From NCBI GenBank assembly GCA_963748215.1, contig CAVVHS010000006.1, forward strand, positions 640,001-704,000: a stretch of 64,000 nucleotides of DNA. Reading direction: 5' to 3'. The DNA is from an uncultured Gammaproteobacteria bacterium (GTDB lineage: Bacteria > Pseudomonadota > Gammaproteobacteria > UBA9214). Position 1 is the first letter of the stretch. Every line of letters begins with the position of its first letter. Of this stretch, positions 55,097-64,000 are shown piece by piece. The translations under genes and the position numbers were made by a program. The notes below the pieces were generated by a model that was not told where the DNA came from, did no database searches, and was given only the letters and a program-made list of their open reading frames with translations.

Positions 55097-55163
55097 AGAA
55101 CACGATATGCAAGGGCCTTGTCCTTCAGCCATCAACGAGCGATCCCGGAACAGGTAATCAGCA

Positions 55164-57601
55164 ATGGGTACCGACATGCAAGCCACACCCAGCACACACG
55201 CGTGGGCCTCTACCATCCTCGATGACTGCCATCGCCTGGTATTGACACACGTTCACGCCCTGATGAAAAGAATGTTTGAGAACAGCGATACCGCGTTCCA
55301 GGAGTTCGTCGACAAGGCACAGTCCAACGCCTCGCAGATTCGCTTCATGGAAGCCATGACCATTATCAACAAGAATCGCGCGCACGTTGAAGAAGTCTTC
55401 TACAGGCACCTGGGCAAGGGCTTCAAGGAATTCGGTCACCTGAAATATGCCGCCAAGCTGGGGGCCGCGCAGCGAAGCGAGCCGCTCAAGCTGGTCAGCA
55501 AGGAAGAATCCGACATCGATGTCGCGCTGCAAAACATGGCATCCAGCGCCGCCTCGGGATCCACGCATGTACTGTATGCCATTCGCCAGCGCCTGGCAGT
55601 CCTCAACAACGGGCGCAAGCTGGAGGAAGACCAGATTCCATCAGGACCGCATTGTCTTGCCGGTTCCTTTCACGAGGCCGCGCAGGAGCTGGTACTCGAT
55701 CACGAAACCAGGCTGATCGTCTACATGCTGTTCGACAAGTTCGTGTTGAGCAGGACGACGCTGCTGTACGACGAATATAACCAGCGATTGCTGAAAGCCG
55801 GTCTGCTGCCGAATCTCAAGTACGAAGTGCGCAAGCAGCCGGTCAAGGCAGAGCGGCGCGGTGGTCGCGGCAGTCCCGAAGCAGCCCGCGGCGACGCCGG
55901 AAACGGTAGCGATGCTAACGGTGGTGCAACGGGGCAGTCGCTGGGTGATGAGCTGTTCAGCAATATCCTGCAGCTGTTGTCCCGTCGTGACAGACAGGAT
56001 GGCGGCAATGCTTCCGGGGGGGGCGTAGCGTCCAATCCGCTGCCGCAGGAAGAAGTTGTCTCTGCCATTCACCAGTTGCAGCTGAGAAGGCATTCGGACC
56101 CGGCGGAGCCGGTCGGCGTTGCGACAGCCGCCAGCGGAGCACAGCGTGACCGGCACCTGGTCAAGACCATGCTCTCGCAGCTGTCCGATGAGCGCGATCG
56201 GCTGTTCACCGGCCTCGATCGCCGCAGACTGCCAAGCGCGGACACGCAGGTCATCGATCTTGTCGGGATGATGTTCGAATACCTGTTGAATGACCCGGAT
56301 CTGCCCAGCGTAGCGAAGGCCGAATTGTGCCGGCTGCACACGCCGTACCTCAAGGTCGCCATCATCGACAAAACACTGTTCACCAATGCCAGGCATCCCG
56401 CACACGAATTACTGAACATGCTGGCCGGTGCCGGCACGAAATGGGTATTCGAGAACGACCTGTCACGCGGCATCTTCCCGATGATGCGCATGATCATCCA
56501 GCGCATCATCGAGGATTTCGAGAACAATATCGAGATTTTTGGCGAACTGCTCGAACAGTGTCGTAACAGTATCCGCGACCTCGAGAACAAGGCCACGGCA
56601 ATCGAGCAACGCACACGTCAGGCTGCGGCCGGCAAGGAAAAACTGAATCTGGCCCGCAACTGCGCAGCCAGTGCCATCGAAACGCGGGTGACCGGGCGGA
56701 ATGTGCCCGGCGAACTGCGCAAGGTCATGGGTGATGCCTGGCTCGACAAGCTGATGTTCATATACCTGCGTGAGCCCGAATCCGAGTACAGCACCACGTG
56801 GAGCCTGGCGATCCAGACCATTGATAACATTGTCTGGAGTGTCGAACCACGATCCTCGGACAAATCACGCAAGGAATTGCGAGACAAACTCCCGGTTCTC
56901 CGCAGAAAGATTGAACGCGCATTCGAAATGCTCGACGCCTACGGCGCCAGCGACAATGCGGCACAACTGGCGCTGATCAGCAAGTTGCAGGATGCAGCGC
57001 TGGTCGCACCCGCCGAGGACGCCCCGGTTCCGGCCCAGGTAACCGGGCAACAGCTTCCCGACAAGTCGGAAGACGTTGCCGTACAGGCCACACCTGCCGC
57101 CGACGCTGCCGAAAAAGCCTCTGCAGACATCGCCGCAACCGAAACAGTCCCCGCTGACGCCGTCGCAACCGAAACAGTCCCTGCACTGATGCCGTCGCTG
57201 CCGAAAAAGCTGCACCGGACAGCCAACCCGCGGCTGAAAACAAACAGGATGCACCCGCCAAAGACAAGCCCGGCAAGAAAACAAAGCGGCTTTCACCCAG
57301 GATCAAGAAAGCCCTTGCACAGGTCGAGGAACTCGCGTTCGGCACCTGGTTCGCCTTCCAGGAAAACGAGGAAAGCCCACCGGTAAGGCTAAAACTGTCA
57401 TGGTTCTCGCAGATGTCGGGAAACTATATGTTCGTCGACAGCATGGGAATCAAGGCTGCAGTCAAAAATCGAGTCGAGCTGGCCACCCTGCTCGCAAATA
57501 ACAAGGTCAGGATCATCAAAAACGACAAACAGTCATTCGTAACACGCGCGATGGAATCGGTGCGTCGCATGTTAAGCAACAATGACAAGACAGTACACTA
57601 G
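55164..57601 (+). pseudogene. DUF1631 family protein, frameshifted near 57183 (real or assembly error)
   Basis: IDLVGMMFEYLL..L, LCRLHTPYLKVA, HPAHELL; the C-terminal GTWF...RLKLSWFS...YMFVD segment continues in another frame from 57185. Confidence 0.75.
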
Positions 57602-57625
57602 GCGATAGCCCGGGAGTAAACCAGG

Positions 57626-57973
57626 ATGAGTGGACAGAAAAAGTCACCGAGTGAAATGCGCAAGACCGTCCGGGTGGATGTCCCGGGTACCGTATGCGTG
57701 ACCGACGTGCAGGCCGATCGCGATTTCGGCCAGCTCGTCAATATCAGCGAGGAAGGCCTGATGATACTGGTATCGGAACCCGTGGCCGAGAATTCCATCT
57801 TCCAGCTGACCCTGGGGTTCTGCAACGAGGCCGGCGACAGCGAGCCCATCGAAATCGGCGTCGAATGCCTGTGGTGCAATCAGAGCAACAATGCAGACCA
57901 GTACTGGGCCGGCTTTTACATCATCGATATCTCGGAACAGGACCAGGAAAAAATGCGGCGGCTGATCGGCTAG
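57626..57973 (+). CDS. stand-alone PilZ domain protein
   Basis: RKTVR (RxxxR) and NISEEG (D/NxSxxG) c-di-GMP motifs. Confidence 0.88.
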   Translation: MSGQKKSPSEMRKTVRVDVPGTVCVTDVQADRDFGQLVNISEEGLMILVSEPVAENSIFQLTLGFCNEAGDSEPIEIGVECLWCNQSNNADQYWAGFYIIDISEQDQEKMRRLIG

Positions 57974-58320
57974 GCATTGCATTTCACGAGCTTGCCACGG
58001 ACTGAACCTGCCCGCCAGAATCTTCCAGCCACAGGGCAACCGGGCACAGCGACGGATCATTGAATCATCCAGAGACTACCCTCTCCCGGGCGAACGCCTG
58101 GCGATGTAGTACATGGCACCGCGCGGTGCCGCCCGAGACTCCCTGATCTTCTCGCGGCTTCGGCACTGACACGCACCGATCCGCAGTCAAGCACCGGCAA
58201 TGAATCGATGTCATGTACAGCCATCATCTCTGTGATTCGCTGCAGCAAGACCAACGACTGGGTTCATTCCCGGTCCTGCAGCCCCCTTGAAGCATTGCGT
58301 AAAATTTCGATGGAGAGCGA

Positions 58321-58620
58321 ATGCCCACCAGCACAAATAATGAAACCGGCCCACATATCCGATCCAGACTGCAGTATTACGACCTGCCTGCCTGCAACCC
58401 TGGCTGGCCAGCAGTCAGCGGGTGCCGGCGTTGCTGCATCCCGATCACCGCGCCGCACTGGCCAGCTATTCGCCCGGCGCCGCAACTCGATGCCGGCGCA
58501 TTGCACAACAGCCACCCGCTGGATCGCGCCCAGTACGTCTGGATCAAGACCATGCTGGAACGCCAGATCCTCACCTGGGGCGGCGATCACGTCGACATGG
58601 CCCGGCGCAAGGCGGCGTAA
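58321..58620 (+). CDS. possible small hypothetical protein
   Basis: GGAG RBS; plausible C-terminus YVWIKTMLERQILTW...RKAA; otherwise unrecognised. Confidence 0.35.
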   Translation: MPTSTNNETGPHIRSRLQYYDLPACNPGWPAVSGCRRCCIPITAPHWPAIRPAPQLDAGALHNSHPLDRAQYVWIKTMLERQILTWGGDHVDMARRKAA

Positions 58621-59128
58621 CTGGATTGGGTCGCATCAGCACGGCTCAACCGCGGGCCGCTGAACGATCCGGTCACCGCGTGCCGTTCGGCCAGTCATTG
58701 ACGACCCGGCATTGCAACATGCCGGCGCCGGTCGTGGCAATACCCAGGCCCGACGCGGGCCGGCTGCCGACAATTCGGGCAATCGTCGTCCTGGCAACGC
58801 CAGACCGCGACGCAAGCAGGGTTGATCAGGGGATCAGGCGCCACGACGACCTGCCAGGACGCGGGATGTCCCGTCCGGGCGCAATGGCGGGCACACCTGC
58901 CGCATAACAGTGTCGTGCGAACCCGTTGACCAGTGCAGGGTTACAGCTCGGCACGGCTCGTTTCTTACCAGGGATGGATTATGCCGCGCAGTATTCTGGT
59001 CCAGGGCTGATCGTGTGGTTTCGCCGAAGGCCCGGATCGATCCGTAGTCCAGTTCCGGATAGCCGCCAGGATGAGTTAATATACCGGATCGGGCACCCTT
59101 TCGCGTTGCCATTGTCTGGAGATGTCAG

Positions 59129-59554
59129 ATGAACAGCTGCAACATCAATCCTGTCTGGCGGGCAACGCTGCTCATCCTGTTGTTGACCGGGATCGTCGGT
59201 TGTACCGCGTATTACCGCGAAGGCCCGCCGGTCTACAGATCGGCCTACTACCAATACCCGTACCACTACTATTATTACCCCAGCAGCCGCGTCTACTTTA
59301 ATATTTCATCCGGTTATTACTACTACCCCGACGGTGACCGCTGGATCCGCATCAGGCAGCTACCACCGAAATACCGCCTGGACCATCATGATCGCGTGCC
59401 ACTCTGGATCGATGCCGACAAGCCGTATTCGAGGTACAGCCAGCATCGCGACAGGTACCGGCCGGACCCGCACTACAAGCCTGACCCGTCACGAGATCCC
59501 GAGGAGCGCCGGCACAATGAGCGGGAGCACGAACGGTATCGGAACCGCCGCTAG
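59129..59554 (+). CDS. Tyr-rich lipoprotein
   Basis: GGAG RBS, lipobox IVGC, YYYYP..VYF...YYY..W, charged tail. Confidence 0.75.
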   Translation: MNSCNINPVWRATLLILLLTGIVGCTAYYREGPPVYRSAYYQYPYHYYYYPSSRVYFNISSGYYYYPDGDRWIRIRQLPPKYRLDHHDRVPLWIDADKPYSRYSQHRDRYRPDPHYKPDPSRDPEERRHNEREHERYRNRR

Positions 59555-59685
59555 GTACTGACGCCAACACCTGTCGGGTTCAAATGGCGATCCGGGTGGA
59601 TTCCGTACCTGCTTGCAGCGAGGATGTGACACCGGTATGCCATGGCATGCAGCCGTGAGCACTACCCGATCCAACCACCCGTCTG

Positions 59686-61029
59686 TCAGAACTTTGCCTG
59701 GTAGCCAAGACTTACGAAATAGGATGAGTGGCTGTCATTGGCCGTGACATTCTCACCATTTGACAGGTTACCACCGGCCTCAATATGGAAGCCGAACTGT
59801 TTATTCGGGCGGTATTCCATTTTCACTTTCGGTGTGGCGGCCCAATGCTCACTGCCTTCGTCTGCGGGGCTATGGTAGTCGGCCCGCAGCTGGGAAATCA
59901 GGTTCCAGAACCGCTTGATGGCATATTTGGTATCGAAGGTCGCCGTGTAGGAACGGCCGGTTTCGGTAATGGAATGGCGCAGGTCGAGCTTGCTGCGGTC
60001 ACCCGGCACCATCAGGTCCTTGCCGGTGATCTTCACATGGTAATAGGTCTCGCTCGAATCGACCCTGCTCCCCGGGTCCGCATCGTTCGTGACATCGATC
60101 AGGACCACATCCCCCCTCAACCTGATGCGTCGGGAGAATGCGTATGACAGGTCAATGGCCAGGGTGCCTACTTCATTGGTACCGCCAGCAGTATGGACCG
60201 CCAGCCTGTCGGTGGGCAGGATCCAGTCCCAGCCATCTATCACGGTCATGGATTGTGTCAGGTACTTCTGCTGCAACCCGGGTATCGGGCGGCTCTGCAG
60301 GTCGAGTGTTGCACTGAGGGTCGTTTTGTAGGGCAGCTTGAGCGCGCCCGATGCCATGAGCGTCCCCACTGAACGTGAGGCGGGATCGTAATCGAGGTAA
60401 ATCAGCATCGACCGCCCCGGTTTCAGGTAGCGCATGGCACCGCCCATCGACCTGCCGACCACCCGCCCGCCTGCCTGCTGCTCGACCAGGTAGCTGTTCA
60501 GCTCCCAGGTATTGGCCAGATGCTCCGTGGTGGCGCTGATACCGAACATCTGCCGGTCGGGATTGAACACGTCCGCTGCAGCGAGTACGGGATAACCGGC
60601 AATGCCATTCAGGATCAGGCCGTCACCCAGACGGTAGTCCACGCGCACACCGTCGAAGTCGCCGAGAATGTTATCGTGGGTGCCGATGCGGCGACCCAGC
60701 TGAATCGTGAACGGCAGACGCGTATCAGTGGAGTTGATACACGGTTTTTCCGCAGCCGGCAAATCGGCATGCTCAGCACCCGCGATACCCTGCAAGCAGG
60801 CAGGATTGTCGAAGGCGATGCCACCCTGCTGTTCAGGCATGTCGTCGGTAACGACGTCTTGTTGAAATGACTGTGCCGCCTTTCCGGAGCGAAGGCCGGT
60901 CGCCGGTAATTCCGTAGCAACTTGAGGTCCCTGGTTGCCCGTATTGGCCCATGCATCCGCGGCACATAGCAGCGTGCCCGAACCCAGCAACAGTGCGCAT
61001 GCCAGTCGGATCACAGGCCGGAGTCTCAT
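59686..61029 (-). CDS. outer-membrane beta-barrel protein
   Basis: Signal peptide, alternating beta-strand pattern, C-terminal YFVSLGYQAKF (terminal Phe). Confidence 0.75.
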   Translation of the reverse strand: MRLRPVIRLACALLLGSGTLLCAADAWANTGNQGPQVATELPATGLRSGKAAQSFQQDVVTDDMPEQQGGIAFDNPACLQGIAGAEHADLPAAEKPCINSTDTRLPFTIQLGRRIGTHDNILGDFDGVRVDYRLGDGLILNGIAGYPVLAAADVFNPDRQMFGISATTEHLANTWELNSYLVEQQAGGRVVGRSMGGAMRYLKPGRSMLIYLDYDPASRSVGTLMASGALKLPYKTTLSATLDLQSRPIPGLQQKYLTQSMTVIDGWDWILPTDRLAVHTAGGTNEVGTLAIDLSYAFSRRIRLRGDVVLIDVTNDADPGSRVDSSETYYHVKITGKDLMVPGDRSKLDLRHSITETGRSYTATFDTKYAIKRFWNLISQLRADYHSPADEGSEHWAATPKVKMEYRPNKQFGFHIEAGGNLSNGENVTANDSHSSYFVSLGYQAKF

Positions 61030-61812
61030 CTCACGTCCGTCCCGGCCCGGCGCAAGCACCTCGGGTTTCCAGATCGTTTCATCTCGGGTTTCCGTTCCAC
61101 TGTCCAGTGAGGATGTCGGTCCCGCGGTGGGCAATCTTGAGACACGGGCCGAAAGACCACGTCCTGGCCGAAAAAATCCGGCATCGGACGAAAAGTCAAG
61201 ACACCCCCGCAGGGAATAGTGTGCATTGCGTCACAGACCGAAGAATCAATGCTTGCGAATTTACTTATCAGCTGATCGATTCGCTTGCCGATCCGATGCG
61301 CTGGGTAAGCGGTGATACTGCGCAGGGCGTACCATGGCGCACGGCGTCGCGGTCCGGAACGAATGCTGCGGTCGATGGGAGCACAGGAGGTACATGGAAG
61401 CTTGCAACGCACGACCGGAAACAACCGATGAACTTCGGCGAAAGGCTGTGAAGCGCCTGTGAGGACGAGGCCGGCCGGCGTCGCGGCACTGTTTTGTTCC
61501 ACTCGATCGCAGCACTAACGAACTCCCTTTCGTCAGATCCGGGACTGCAAACAACGGCAGAAAAAACTACCAGATTGCAGCCGTATTGGCCATCCCTGTC
61601 CGGCAGGGTTCGCAATCGTCACGAGCACAGCTTGTTCCGCCGCGCCCGACAGAACGCCATCACCTTCGAGTTACTGGATGTCGTCTCGGTCTTTGAAGCG
61701 ATTACGGGAGCGAAACATAATTGTCCTGCAGGCGGCCGCCGCGCAGCGACGTTCTACTCTCCCTACGGTCGCTTGGCGAACGCATAAATTATTGTTTTAT
61801 ACTGATGAATGC

Positions 61813-61828
61813 TGGTACGCCAGTTGCC
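61813..61828 (+). promoter_or_regulatory. putative sigma54 promoter
   Basis: TGGTAC-GCCAG-TTGCC with an AT-rich IHF-like site at 61785-61797. Confidence 0.5.
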
Positions 61829-61956
61829 TAAATTGCCTAACTATGCAGGATGATGCGGAATTGAATTCTGCAATAGTCCCGCACGCAATTCCACACCGTA
61901 TAGACGCCACCTCAGTCTTGTTCTTGATGACTTTTCAAGCCCGCTTGTCTACATGA

Positions 61957-62075
61957 TTAGGGAACCTCTGATTAATTCACTCATCGTCATCCCGGCGCAT
62001 GCCGGGAGCCAGATTTTTCAATGACCTGGATGCCGGCCTTCGCCGGCATGACGAATTAAGTCAGAGATTCCCTAA
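61957..62075. mobile_element. REP-containing MITE, copy 1
   Basis: Ends TTAGGGAACCTCTGA / TCAGAGATTCCCTAA; inner inverted REP pair CGTCATCCCGGCGCATGCCGGG ... GCCGGCCTTCGCCGGCATGACG. Confidence 0.8.
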
Positions 62076-62155
62076 AAAACGCGCATTGCGCGCAGCTATA
62101 GGAGCCCATCGTATGCGCGAACAATGTCGCCGACCCCACTCGCTACCGGTAAACC

Positions 62156-62271
62156 AGAGGAACCTCTCTTGAATTCGCTCATCGTCATCCCGGCGCATGC
62201 CGGGATCCAGTGTTTTCGATAACCGGGATGCCGGCCTTCGCCGGCATGACGAATTAATCAGAGATTCCTTA
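62156..62271. mobile_element. REP-containing MITE, copy 2
   Basis: Near-identical direct copy of 61957-62075. Confidence 0.8.
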
Positions 62272-62395
62272 GGATTCGCCATGCACAGGTACTGATAGCC
62301 ATCCTTTGCTGCCTTTGGCATGGACGTCATCGATGTGTCAGAACGTTCGATAGGGCCGCCTGGTGAGATAGTCGGGTTCGTCATTCGCGGCCCGA

Positions 62396-62938
62396 TCACG
62401 GCTCCGCTGCCAGCTGTTTCAGCAGCTCGATGATATCAGCCCTGCCCCACTCCACCGGGCCACGTCCGATGAAGCGAACCCGGCCGCTGCCATCCAGGAC
62501 GTAGGCCGTGGGGAGGACGCTAGCGCCCCAGCCCCTGAATGCCACACTGTCCTTGTCCAGCAGAACGGGGTACTCAATACCAAGCCGCTCAACCGCCGCT
62601 CGCACCCGTCGCCCGGCTTCACCGACGTTCACCCCGATCACCGCAAAGGGCGCGTCTGACATTGCCTCCATCAGTCGCTGGATGTCGGGCATCTCCTCGA
62701 TGCACGGCCTGCACCAGCTCGCCCAGAAGTTGACGAGCAGCACCTTGCCGGCGAACTCGTTCAGACTCCGTGCCCGCCCCGCAAGGTCCGGCAGTCTAAT
62801 AATTGGCGGCAGCACCGCAGGTACCTCGGTCAGCTCGCCGGCAGACGCGGGAAGCGGGAAAAGCCACAGGAGCGAAAGCATCAGAACCATCGTTGCGATA
62901 GCGCGAAGCGCCGTGTGTCGGCTTGTTGCGGCAGTCAT
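62396..62938 (-). CDS. TlpA/ResA-like thiol-disulfide oxidoreductase
   Basis: Signal/TM, LVNFWASWCRPC. Confidence 0.9.
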   Translation of the reverse strand: MTAATSRHTALRAIATMVLMLSLLWLFPLPASAGELTEVPAVLPPIIRLPDLAGRARSLNEFAGKVLLVNFWASWCRPCIEEMPDIQRLMEAMSDAPFAVIGVNVGEAGRRVRAAVERLGIEYPVLLDKDSVAFRGWGASVLPTAYVLDGSGRVRFIGRGPVEWGRADIIELLKQLAAEP

Positions 62939-63064
62939 GCGGGATTGTCCCGGGTTGCAGGGAATGCCTGTATTGACACACCTATCACGTCAAGTCGCAG
63001 TCCGCCATCGGCGGGCAAGGCCGGCAATCCACGCGATCGGGTGCGTCGGCCTCTGAATCGTAAT

Positions 63065-63098
63065 AAAAAAGGCCCCGCCGAGGAACCGGCGGGGCCTT
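63065..63098 (-). terminator. intrinsic terminator after the cytochrome gene
   Basis: GGCCCCGCCG/CGGCGGGGCC stem with a U6 tail on the minus strand. Confidence 0.85.
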
Positions 63099-63145
63099 CG
63101 ATGCGTGGCGGCATCCCTGCCGCCGGGTTTGCTTCCGTAGTACCG

Positions 63146-64000
63146 TTACAGCTCGTTGCCGTGGCACATGTTACAGCGGATCGGTGTGCCTTTAGCCACA
63201 AAACCAACATCCGGCAGGTTACGGTCGGCCGCGGTGCGCGACAGGACCGAACCTTCACCGTTCTGGCCATGGCAGGTCCGACAGGCATTGCGGTTGATGT
63301 TCTGCCGGTGCCCGCCGTCGGCGAAGCTGGTGTTGCCCACCACGTGCATGCCATGCGGTCCCTGCAGGCTCGCGGTCGAACCATTCGTGCCCAGCGCGTT
63401 GAGATTGGTGTGGCACGTATCGCACTCGGTGATGGCACCGGTGTGTCCCTGCAACTGGTCCGCCGTAACATTGTCGTTGGACGCCGGGTTGCCGTTCGGC
63501 CATTCCGCGTGGGTGGCACCATGACAGCCCTCACACATCACACCGCCATGGCCCGTGCTGACGCGATACAACTGCGGGTTGCCCGCACCCGGGTTAGCGA
63601 AGTTGCCGAAGCTCGCCGGTACTGCCGGCTCGGCGAAGCGTTTGTTGGTCGGCACGATAGGCGTCGCCTTGGCGTCGCCACTGCGGTAAGCCTGGCGTAA
63701 ACGCAGACCGTCCACGTTGCCGTCCACATCCCGCGTGTTGGTGATGGTGTTGGGCGTACCCGCCAGATTGCTGGTGGTATCACCCGTATGACAGGAACCG
63801 CAACCCGGTTCGTTGGCCCAGGGCACGCGCGGCTGCGGGTCGTTCGGATCGTAGAAATTGCCGCCCAGTACGAAGGCCCCCGGGTTCTGCGGCGAGACCC
63901 CTGCCGAGAAGTCCGCACCCACCTGCTGCATGTCACCGTGACAGTCGTTACAGAGCATGCCGCCGTTGAACATCGCACCGCGCAGACACTGCACGTTGGT
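63146..64000 (-). CDS. multiheme c-type cytochrome, 3' part (5' end outside window)
   Basis: Six CxxCH motifs in the visible part: CNDCH, CGSCH, CEGCH, CDTCH, CRTCH, CNMCH. Confidence 0.9.
   Translation of the reverse strand, partial: TNVQCLRGAMFNGGMLCNDCHGDMQQVGADFSAGVSPQNPGAFVLGGNFYDPNDPQPRVPWANEPGCGSCHTGDTTSNLAGTPNTITNTRDVDGNVDGLRLRQAYRSGDAKATPIVPTNKRFAEPAVPASFGNFANPGAGNPQLYRVSTGHGGVMCEGCHGATHAEWPNGNPASNDNVTADQLQGHTGAITECDTCHTNLNALGTNGSTASLQGPHGMHVVGNTSFADGGHRQNINRNACRTCHGQNGEGSVLSRTAADRNLPDVGFVAKGTPIRCNMCHGNEL

Noticed and set aside
58000-59100. Multiple overlapping short ORFs
   Set aside because: No recognisable motifs; only 58321-58620 has an RBS and is kept at low confidence

Overview
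GC-rich gammaproteobacterial chromosome segment, most likely from a sulfur-storing sulfur oxidiser (inferred from two sulfur globule protein genes). Bases 1-28 kb are mostly core genes: dedD-folC-accD-trpABF-truA-fimV-asd-leuBDC, MFS, aroC, prmB, sco/PCuAC, psd, an ECF sigma cluster, suhB, secFD-yajC-tgt-queA and tRNA-Leu. Two accessory blocks stand out. (1) At 28.2-35.4 kb, between tRNA-Leu and tRNA-Arg/Ala, there is a flagellar-type regulatory cassette with no structural or chemotaxis genes: fliA, fleN/flhG, a globin-PAS-GGDEF-EAL sensor, fleQ and an unannotated ~55 aa FlgM-like ORF. It has a sigma54 promoter plus a FleQ-like box, and good sigma28 promoter matches lie before non-flagellar genes elsewhere in the window. 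(2) At 38.2-52.4 kb there is a co-oriented cluster of SCP2, RND adaptor, RND pump with a Pro-rich tail, two Pro/Gln/Tyr-rich exported proteins, two sulfur globule proteins, a DUF4412-like protein, a ParA ATPase, a TPR membrane protein, DUF302 and a dynamin-like GTPase. This is a candidate system for building and positioning sulfur globules. The window also holds several MITE families (one nested, one fused into the folC 3' end), a candidate ~280 nt structured RNA, two frameshifted genes (tgt, DUF1631) and, at the right end, a porin / TlpA / multiheme cytochrome group. All family assignments come from motif recognition by eye; no database searches were run.
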